Source: Octopus sinensis
Lineage: Eukaryota
DNA: 64,000 bases
Direction: 5' to 3'
NCBI RefSeq assembly: GCF_006345805.1
Contig: NC_043000.1
Location: forward strand, 38,688,001 to 38,752,000
Of this stretch, positions 53,790-64,000 are shown piece after piece. The notes under the pieces are model-generated. The model saw only the letters and a program-made list of their open reading frames with translations. It was not told the DNA's origin and ran no database searches. The position numbers were made by a program, and so were the translations under genes. Positions within the stretch are counted from its first letter, which is position 1. Each line of letters opens with the position of its first letter.

Positions 53790-56256
53790 GCACACCTACA
53801 CACACACACACACACACACATATATTGTGAGTGAGTTTAAATAAAATTTTATGAATTACAATTTTCCCTTCTGGCCTCTTTCTGGTGATAAGCAAAGCAT
53901 TAAGCAGACTCCACCAGATTATAACGAAACCCTTACGAGAAGTGATTTAAATAAATATTCACTATTTGAATACGTTCTAAATAAACCACCAACACAAAAA
54001 CTAAACCTGAAGTAGGAAAAGTAAAACGGATTAGTTTATCTCTCGTTACGCATTATATTACTTTTAATAGGTGCACGATGAAACAAAATCATTCCTCTAC
54101 ACCTAATCACATCCAAGCTCTAACGTCGTCTGAACATTATTATTTAAAACCACGAACCATCCTCTACTGACACTTGTATTTGCATTAACCGGAACGCATA
54201 CCACCTAAAATCTAAGTGTCAGGTTAGTAATAAATGCACTAATGTACCTTACAAGCTAATAATTCTCTCACATTCTCTCACCGGTCACATACCTACATCT
54301 TTTAAGTTACGCTCCAGTAATCATACGCATACATTTAGAAACACTAAAATAAATAATGAAGCAGCCCCTCTATCCTGAGTCATTACAAATGAAAATCAAT
54401 AATTTACCACACAATCTGAAACGGACGAAAAGTTATATAAGTCATATATCGGGAAAACAAAGGATTTGTAATCTTTGCACTTCAAAGAGATTGCAATTCA
54501 CTTCCCCAACGGAGCTACCGTTAATAAACACAATAAAGCCATATATTATTGCTTTGACAGATGCTTTTCCTCATATCACTATTATAAACTTAATCCTTAT
54601 CCTCACAGACAAAATTCTGTTAGCTTACGCATCTAATTTTTAAAATCCTCTTCAGCTCAGTTTGATTTATTAGAACGTACTTGCTGCCTCATTTAACGCT
54701 TATTAACTCACACTAATAATTGTTATATAATAATCAAACTATAATAAATTACCAGTTTCTAACGTTAACATTTAAATTTTAATCCTTGCAAAAGGTAGTC
54801 TCGAAATAGCTTATCTAATCCGTTAATTTCTATAAGCCGATAATTCATCCCGTTAGCTTCAGTTCCTGCTCATGCATTTATATTTAAAACAGATTTATTA
54901 ACCTGCTCTCAATATATTTTTCTCACGTTCCCTTATAATATCTAGAACAATAAAATACGAACAAAATTTCATTTCTAAAGGTTATCCAACAGCTATTCTG
55001 TATGTAGTAGCCGCGATATTTCCCTGACATGAGGTTACCAGCGCTTCCCACTGTTGACTTTTAGTAGACCGAAATCATGTGATATGGGAATTCCCTAGTC
55101 CATGACAGATAATTCTCGTCTGCTACACTCTATGTGTGTGTTGTTATGTACGAAGCGCCTACAAGAGAGGATTTCTCAAGGCTAATAACACATTAGTCAG
55201 CGCTCTAAGAAGCCATCCACGTTTAGTTGGATATAAAGATTACCTTTCTGTATTAATAATGCTTCTGTCGCTAATAATTAATTATTAGACATAATTAGCA
55301 AAGGTGGCTGTCACTGTTATCGTTAAGGATGAACAACCAAAAAGTAATCGATTCAATAAAATTATAATCAGTACGCTTAATATCAACAGTTTCATATTAA
55401 AGAACATAGTTCTCGCTTCTCACACAATCATCAGTAATTAAGGCACCCCATATAGGCGAATCGATCCCCAACACCAGAGAGTCTGAAATAAATTATTATT
55501 AAATATTTTCCCATTTATTTGCTTAATTCCTATAATCCAATAATGGTGTAAAATCTACAATCTTTCCACAAAGAACAGGGTGTCACTTTTGATATAGTTG
55601 GTTTTTACTACCCCCGCCCACTAAGTATTTTCGTACCTTAATATTTAATTGAATCATTATTTTATTTTGGCTCTGTTCCCTAAACCCTCAAACACACCCA
55701 ATAGTTTATGTCACTCAAACAGTGATGTTATTCCTATATAAGTAACTTTCAAAATTTCAGCAGAATTTAAAACATCTTCCTTTTGTTCTCAGACACAGAA
55801 TCCAATATTTCCACGGAAAACAATATTTTATCAGAATTTCGTCGGATTCACTTACAATTTCTTTATATTTCCGAAACATACGGTTTTAAGTATGTTATAT
55901 TCTTATGATCCTCTTCATTTGCACCAACGTGTCTTCTCTCTGCCGTGAAAGATGACTAAAGGAGGTCGAAGTAGGTTTCGCACTTCGACCTCGTAAGCCA
56001 TCATCAGCAAAGCGGACCCAGACTTCTGGATTGGAAGGTTTTCGAACGAATGGTGCAACGGTATTATCGGCCAGGAATAGGAAGCCACCAACAAATGACG
56101 GATGCAGTTTCGCAGTTACAGCGCAGGCCCCCAAACTACTACTACTACTACTACTACTACTACAACTACTACTACTACCGCTGCTGCTGCTACTGCTACT
56201 ACTACTACTATTACTACTACTACTACTATTATTACTACTACTACTACTACTACTAC

Positions 56257-56317
<61 letters not shown>

Positions 56318-56321
<4 letters not shown>

Positions 56322-57105
56322 GTTGAGAAGCTCAGGACTCAAAGCAGAAACAGAGGGATTTTTAATTGCAGCACAAGACCAAAGCCTCCCCACCAGACAT
56401 TACCAAAAACATGTAATGAAAAAAATATTACAAGTAACTGCAGAATATGTGGAGATGGACAAGAAACAATAAATCATATTATCTCTAGCTGCCCAGTCCT
56501 GGCTAAGAAGGAATATATTCACAGACATGACAGAGTTGGAACCTACATACATTGGAAGCTATGCCAACATTATGGAATAACAACAGAAAAAAGATGGTAT
56601 AGGCACACACCAGAAAAGGTCACAGAAAACGAGAAAGCAACCATACTCTGGGATATGCCGATACACACAGATAGAGAAATTAAGGCCAACAGACCAGATA
56701 TAGTTGTCAGAGATCATGAAGAAAAAAAATGCTTTCTAATTGATGTATCAATACCGGCTGATGACAACGTGTCTCTAAAAGAAATGGAGAAACTCTCAAA
56801 ATACAAAGACCTGGAAATAGAGGTACTAGAATGTGGAATCTGAAAACAGAAACAATTCCTATGCTAGTAGGTGCATTAGGCATGATAAAAAAATATTCAG
56901 ACAAATACATAACAAAAACACCAGGACTTACAAACACATATAACATACAGAAAATTGCACTACTAGGCACTGCACACATCCTACGCAGAACATTTTCCAT
57001 ACAATAACCATCAGAGCATCACAACAAATCACAGCACATACCCAAGGCACACAGAGCAGCGCTCGGTAGTGAAGTGAAAGCACGCTATAAAAATAAAACT
57101 ACTGA
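56318..57105 (+). mobile_element. R4/Dong-type LINE 3' fragment, second subfamily
   Basis: [64 protein letters not shown] and KLSKYKDL motifs. Begins and ends in (TAA)n. Confidence 0.88.
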
Positions 57106-59067
57106 ATAATAATAATAATAATACCCCAAAGTAATATCCATATTAATTTACGTTTTTAACAAAAACTTTTCTAAGAAATTCTCTCTTCAACCTAGTTCAC
57201 AGATCTCAGAGCCGTAATTGTCTGGCAAGCAAGCTGATCTGAGACTGGTAATTCAAACCAAAAATAATTACGGTGTGGAAGACACATATTACAAAAATAA
57301 TTCACAACGATTGTGTCGCAGCAGAGCAGTATCTGTGTCCTGGTCGCAGTCAGTGCAACGAAAGTTATGACATCAAATAATAAATGCTTAAACGAAGTCT
57401 TTGTGTGTTTTTGAAAGTAGACTATTTTTATCCACGCTGTAATTGTTATCATTTTTACCACATCCCTTACACAAAATTCATTTGTTAACCTGTTAATTCG
57501 TTCCTTCTTAATGTGTCTTTATCTTGCCTGTATTTTCGACCTCAGATTCATATTTCTTCTCCAATGACTAAATCATCCGTGTGTAACCTGACTCAAAACC
57601 TTTCGTAAAAACGTCACAATACAATTACATTCATTCAGCATATAAACTCTAACATTTTGTCATTTTTCATTTTTACTTATCTCCATAAGTTAGTAGTATA
57701 TATTACAACAGTTTAAACGACTGCAATAACATCGCTTCAAATCTCTCTTCGGCCTTTATATTAAATTAAAATTCATTCTCACTTTGGCATTTGCCACTTC
57801 CTATACAAGGACATCAATTAAAACATACTAAAATCTAATCTCACGTTGTTCTCCATCTTCGCTCCGAACTCCATCTAAATCTAACATATCTTATATATCT
57901 TTCCCGTGATAAAGTCTGAATAAATTGAAACGCAATTGCAGATAATTGTGTATAAGAAGCCGTGTAATGACAGAGGTGATACATGACCATACTAAATACA
58001 TCTATTATGAACTTCAGCGTTCACAAGGCAACAGAGAACAGGTGCTACATATAACAGATAAACTTACTTTAAATTACAAGTTGTCTTATAATTTAAATGT
58101 AAATTAGAAGATGTAATACTGGATATTCCAAAACCGATCAAGGGTAGCCAACCAAGAATCATATATGTATGTTCGGTTAATTTTGGACTGTGACTAAATA
58201 GTATTCCCAAATTCTACATTTAGAAGAGTCAATTTTGCTCTCCTGAATTTGACCGTTACTTCTGAAAATATAAATACTGCGTTTAAAACTATGAGAGACA
58301 GAATGGCGGCCAATTGAATGATGTACTACAACATCTCATTAAATACTTTGCCATATTTTGTTCCAGCTTTCTCCTGTCTGATTTCAAAACCCTACGAAGA
58401 TCAATTTTACTGTTTATCTTTCCGTGATCAGTAAGTAAAGTACCAGTTCAACCAAATCAATGTACACAATCATGAGATCAGCATGGAAGTTGCCTTTCGA
58501 TAACTGCTCCGGTTCTTCCAGTTCTGATTTTAAAGTATACCTTTTATCACCGTCCTCTTCGTGCAGGAAACTAAATTTTCAATATCCGGTTCACATTCGT
58601 CTAACCTTCTAGTCACATCCATGAATGATAAAATTGGCAACTTTTAATATTCCGGCATTAAATCACTCAGTTATATTCTTTCTCTCCAAATCAGTGATAT
58701 TCTACCAAAATAGCTTACGGATATTTGCATTGGAGTTTTTCCCAATTTTCTTCAACTTCCTTCAGCTTGGAAATTTCCATGAACAACATGCACTGTGTCT
58801 ACGAACAAAGACGTATTTCTAGGAGTGAATTATTCAAAGCCCAAAGAATGCCTCTCAACACATGGCAATGATGATCCCCAACTATTCCTGCTCGGGATCA
58901 GAGACGCACGTATCGTCAGCCACTAACGGATATGCTCAACTGGTTAAGATAAAAAAAACTGACAAGCGAATCCGTGGTATTTGCTGTGTCCATCTTTTCA
59001 TACCAAGGAAAAACGTGTACATAATAACACTTCCAATCACAAGATTAGAAGCCATGATAGCCACTGT

Positions 59068-59735
59068 ACAAGCTGGATCCAAGTCTCACACCAGAGACCT
59101 CAAGAGACAACAAGTTGGAAGTTCGTGTTGGTGTTATGCCTAGGGTGCCATATATTTAGTTTTGTACTTAGTGTTGTACTAGTGTATGTTTAAGAAACCA
59201 TAAGAAAATTATGTTTGTTTTAAAACTTGAGATTACATAGAAAGTACTTTGCGTAGGATATGAGCAGTTCCCATGAGCACTATCTTTTGAATTTCTGCCA
59301 TTTTGTGGTTCCTGGTATCTTAGCTAGGTAGCAATCAGCTCCTTTTGCTATCATTCCTAGGGTACTTATGACAACAGATATTGTTTTAGTCTTGAAGTTC
59401 AGCATTTTGACAATTTCTATTTCCAGTTCTTTATACTGGCTCAGTTTTCGGTACGTCTTGACAGATATATTTCAGTTGATTGAGACAGACATATCAATGT
59501 GGAGGCATGTTCTTTGTCTGAAGTCTTTTAATATAATATCTGGCCTATTCGCAACTATGTTTCTGTCAGTTTGAACAGTAAATTTCCAGAGGAGTGAAAT
59601 GTGATCATTTTCAAGCACAGGAGGTGGTTTCTGTTCCGACCAGTTTTTATCATGGGGCATGTCCGTTTTTTTTTTTCAAATTACCCAGTGAATGTATAGT
59701 GCTGCTCTATCATGCCCGTTGAGATACTTTTCCAC
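59068..59735 (-). mobile_element. R4/Dong-type LINE 3' fragment (41957/43711 family), decayed
   Basis: PPPVLENDHISLLWKFTVQTDRNIVANRPDIILKDF. 3' UTR ttgtctcttgaggtctctgg is shared with 43458 and 45798. Confidence 0.85.
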
Positions 59736-59923
59736 AATGTGTGCTACTGTCTCGTTCTAGGTTCCACAGGCTCTACATTTTCGGACACATTCTTTCCTAT
59801 ATATTGTTTCTCAAGCTGGTTTTATCGCTTGAACTTGGTCTATTACAATTATGCTCTCTGTTTTTCCTTTTAGTTGCCCCTTTTTTAACCAAGCTCCATA
59901 TTATTATTATTATTATTATTATT

Positions 59924-60448
59924 GAGTGAGAGAGCAGTGCATGCCATCAAAGTGACACTGGGGTAAAATATACGAAGCCCAATATACCCATCGTGACTAC
60001 CCGTCTGATAAAGGTACACCAGGCACATGCATCACAACCATATGTGCGCGACATGGTGATCTCATATCAAGATAAACAGCACATGACCTTGCAGGTGGGG
60101 CCCAGTTAGAATTTTCTTCAGGTTGAGTAGCCCATCCCGCTCAAAAGGTCCCTGAATAAGGGTTGTTTAAGGATGTTGAAAGAACCACCCATGTTTCCAG
60201 AGGTGAATTATTCAAACCCCAAAGAATCCCTCTCAACACATGGCTATGATGCTCCCCTACTACTTCTGCTCGTGATCAGAGATGCACATATCGTCAGCCA
60301 CTAAGGGACATGCTCAACTGGTTAAGGTCAAACAACTGACAAGCAAATCTGTGGTATTGAGCAGAATATTTGCTGTAGCCCATCTTTTATACCAAGACAA
60401 AACAATGTACATGATAACACTTCCAATCAGTTAAGATCAGAAGCCATG

Positions 60449-60450
<2 letters not shown>
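59924..60450 (-). mobile_element. 527-bp non-coding interspersed repeat inserted in (TAA)n
   Basis: (TAT)n on both flanks. A diverged partial copy lies at 58821-59066. No ORF. Confidence 0.6.
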
Positions 60451-60508
<58 letters not shown>

Positions 60509-60510
<2 letters not shown>

Positions 60511-60730
60511 GTAGTTTATTTTTATCACACGCTTTCACGGCAGTTATGTATTTGTCTGAATATATTTTATCATCCCTAATGTGCCTACTATAATAGGAAT
60601 TGTTTCTGTTTTTAGATTCCACATTCGAGTTACCTCTATTTCTAAATCTTTGTATTTTGAATGTTTCTCCATTTCTTTTAGAGAAACCTTGTCATCTGCT
60701 GGTATTGATACATCTATTAGAAAGCATTTT
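60509..60730 (-). mobile_element. R4/Dong-type LINE 3' fragment (56318 family)
   Basis: KCFLIDVSIPADDKVSLKEMEKHSKYKDLEIEVTRMWNLK. Tail gtgaaagcgtgtgataaaaataaactact into (TAA)n. Confidence 0.85.
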
Positions 60731-61039
60731 ATTACTGTTGTTATTATTGTTGTTGTTGTTGTTGATGTTGATATTATCATTATCATTTCGACGATGGTTA
60801 TGATGGTGAGGATAATATTGATAGAAGTTTTTCTTTAATAGCTACTATTTTTAAACATTATCAACCGAGTGCCACCCAGACACCTGGAATTGGTGACGGA
60901 TATGATGTTCTCGATGCACTGGATGTTGTGAGAACCAAACTTCAAGCAAACATATTCTAGCTGTTTAGTAACAGAATGAGATGACCACAGCTGGAACGCT
61001 TTTGATAAAGGATTTGGGACTAAACGGCAAGAACACAGA

Positions 61040-61366
61040 CTCAAAGTTGAAATAAAAGGTTACGGCTGAGTTAACAATCGTAAAACGTTTACTCATTTTC
61101 AAACTTATGACGATGAAATACCAACTGGAAAAAGCCGAGCTATTTCGACACTTATGTCTCTTCGCTTTGAATGACGTTTCATCATCTGGCAAAGCCGCCC
61201 AAGACGTTTGTGCTATGTGAAGACCTTTACCGTCAATGTGTTGGCAATATCGTGGACCTTACGCAGGAAGTCGTGGAAAATGAAGGAGAATATATTATTG
61301 ACTAATTTGTTAAAAGGATGATTAAAATAAATGAAAGAAAAAACGAATTTATGTAACAACCTTGTA
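61040..61366 (+). mobile_element. Internally deleted mariner remnant
   Basis: N-terminal MKYQLEKAELFRHLCLFALN...KAAQDVCAM joined to C-terminal QEVVENEGEYIID*, then TIR-like acgaatttatgtaacaaccttgta. Confidence 0.6.
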
Positions 61367-62393
61367 TGCACATTAACAATAAACCAGAATTGCACATTCA
61401 ACACAAATGCAAACAAATATAGAGAACGTCCGATGTAGAAATACTAGCAATTACTAATAGCAGATTGAATGTAGCTTTTAATTAGACTGACGGTAAACAA
61501 ACCATATTCGGCTGTATAAACATTTCATGACACATACAATATCACTTTACTAACAGTGATTAGATGCCTGTGTATAACTAGGTAGTCTTAATTATGGAGA
61601 GTGAGGCAACTTAGACAAAGTCTCGGCACATTCGCTAATGACTGTATAGCAATAATCAGATTATTTTTGGCTGGTAACCTGAGACCTAACGATTCATTAA
61701 GAACTGTTCAGTGGCATTGAAACATGATAGAAAGCTGTTATTATTTAATGCGTCATTCATAATAGAAAGTTATAGCAATTGAACCAATCACTGGGTACGT
61801 TAATGTTATTACTTGTTAATTAGGCAACAATATAAATATAGTAACACAAGGATAGTTGCTAATCTGTACCGGCGTAAATCGATTACCAAATATAACCATA
61901 AACTGATATATCTGTGTTTCACGTGAACACTCAATCTCAATGTATGTTCTGATGAAGGATCGAACGAGAAATTCTTGTCTCAAATTATTCTTCTCGTTAT
62001 ACACCAACACATCATTCATTTATTTCATTTGAATGTATTTCCACGTGCAGCCGTCGACATTTACCATCTAAGGCATTTAAAACAAATATTCTATTACACG
62101 TTATTATTTATGGTTCTATCTGCTTTGAGTTTCAGCGTTGAAAAATAATAATTTACTTCATATCTCTTGGAGTTTCTAAATGTTCATGATGCAAAGGCGT
62201 GGTTGTGTGGAAAGAAGCTTCCTTTGCAACCATATTGTTCTTGTTTCAATTCTACTGCGTGCGACCTTAGGAAGACTGGCTTCTACTATAACTACGGGCC
62301 GACCAAATATATATGTGTGGATTTGGTAATCGGAAAATGAAAGAAACCTGTCGTGTATGTATGTATGTATACATATATATATATAAATATATA

Positions 62394-62560
62394 CTAGCAG
62401 CTAAGCCCGGTTTCACCCGGTCAGGTTGGATGATGTGATGATGTGGCTGTAAAACCTGCTCTGTGTAAGCATTCGACTTGTTTAGGCACTCATACGTTAA
62501 AAACAATTTTAGAATAACTTTTTTCTGTCAAAACGCTAAACATAACTCTCTTGAGATCAT
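62394..62560 (-). mobile_element. Short Helitron-like element (3' end)
   Basis: Minus strand gaccgggtgaaaccgggc ttagctg CTAG|t gives hairpin + CTAG followed by T, set in TA-rich sequence. 5' end uncertain. Confidence 0.5.
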
Positions 62561-62711
62561 ATATATATATATATATATATAGTGAGAATTTACAAAGAAA
62601 CAAAAGACGAAGACGGATGTGTAAACAACAAACAGATGTATTAGTTTACCGCTCAGGAAGTGAGAAAGTCATTTACGTTTCGAGGCTACGCTCTTCGATA
62701 GAAAGGAACAC

Positions 62712-62773
<62 letters not shown>

Positions 62774-62858
62774 TGACAACAAAAAATGAATGAGAACTAG
62801 ATATTATGTAAAATAGAGCAATTTATAGATATAATATGTGACAATTAGTTGGTTTTCA

Positions 62859-62921
62859 TAATAAAACTCAGAGTTTCGGATACCGGGGATGAAGTCTGCT
62901 CAGGCATCTCATCAGTTGTTA
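62859..62921 (-). ncRNA. Type I hammerhead motif, same family as 52288
   Basis: Minus strand reads taacaa CTGATGA gatgcc...ggtatcc GAAA ctctgag TT^ ttatta. Shares the downstream ttgtcacatattat tail with the 52288 copy. Confidence 0.62.
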
Positions 62922-64000
62922 AGACAAAACCGTTGAATAAAGGGAAATTACTCCAATAGGCATGGTGAAAGTAATACTTCAGTCATAGAATCCGCATATG
63001 TACACATACACACATACATGTACGCACACTGGCGTGATTTCTCGTCATTCTAGGTTCTTATTTCATAGCAGTTCGGTACATGAGAGCGACAGAATATAAT
63101 TAGCAGGCTTCAAATAACATAAGTACTAGGGTCGATTCGTTAGACGAAAATCTTGAAGCCTGTGCTCCAGCATGGTTTCAATCTAATAAATGAACAAATT
63201 AAATGATAATACACGCTTGAAAGAACAAAGTTTCTAAAATAGATGCATACAACTGGAAGGGTTGCTTTAGTGCAATGGGTAGAACGTCTATCGTGTTTAC
63301 TGATAATAAGAGTTCGTGTTCCACAGGCAGCCTTAGAATTTTATTTCATCAAAGGGTCTTTATTTAACCCGGTATTCTGCAAGCTATTCTTCATAGCTGT
63401 ATCTAATTCGAGTTTCCCCGTTAAAAATAATTTACTTTATTTGCTTAATTATAAATTGACTGATGTATCTGTTAATGACGTATCGATTGATAATGAATGT
63501 GTTAATGAGTTATAGATTAACTTGTTCATTTAGCAAAATGATAGGTCACCTAGGTAGTCAATTTGTACCTGCGTAGCCACAGAGATAAGCTGTCAGCGAT
63601 TTTACAATACTGCATCTCTCTGCATGAATCATCAAAGAGACGAGATCAACAAGGAAAATCGATTCTGTCAGGTCTGAACACCTATTAGCAAGCCTTGATA
63701 TCTTGAAAAACAAGTAAGATGCCTGTTATTAATTTTAGAATTTTAACATGTCATATCAGATTATAATTAATTCGGGAGAGTGTTACATTTGAAACGCTTC
63801 ACATATAAGAGCTAAGACAATTCAAACAATTATTACACTTTCATCCATTACCCGCTTCTTTTTATTATGCTATGAAGTTTTAATAATCTGCATTAGAGGA
63901 CGTTGATGCCAGGAAAACGTCGACTCTACAATCATTAGTTAACGTCTATAATTTATATACATCTTATAATAACAATACCTTCTGACATTGGCAAATGGCC

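Noticed and set aside
63569-63673. Possible 105-bp phase 1-1 minus-strand exon (DLTESIFLVDL...LCGYAG)
   Set aside because: No polypyrimidine tract, weak donor (gtacaa) and no domain resemblance.

Overview
AT-rich, microsatellite-dense eukaryotic DNA. The SINE and LINE complement points to a coleoid cephalopod (Octopus-like); this is inferred from repeat style, not from a database hit. Most of the window is intronic to one minus-strand gene. Four phase-1 exons are recoverable (47812-47931, 32163-32462, 21707-22024, 19991-20056) and splice in frame into EGF-like + pentraxin/LamG + Cys-rich linker. The introns hold many mobile-element remnants: restriction-like-endonuclease (R4/Dong-type) LINEs in (TAA)n, CR1-like and HERO-like LINE relics, tRNA-derived SINEs, and Chapaev3, Helitron, hAT, pogo/Tigger and mariner remnants. 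The main unexpected signal is a set of type I hammerhead ribozyme motifs (CUGANGA...GAAA, palindromic stem III, long stem II) in several sequence-divergent, (TA)n-associated non-coding elements. The best case is a near-perfect 1.2-kb head-to-head insertion (52455-53649) of a circularly permuted ~491-nt unit, as expected if a retrozyme/Penelope-like circular RNA were reverse-transcribed. Most ORF-track entries are microsatellite artefacts. Coordinates were read by eye; repeat boundaries are approximate.
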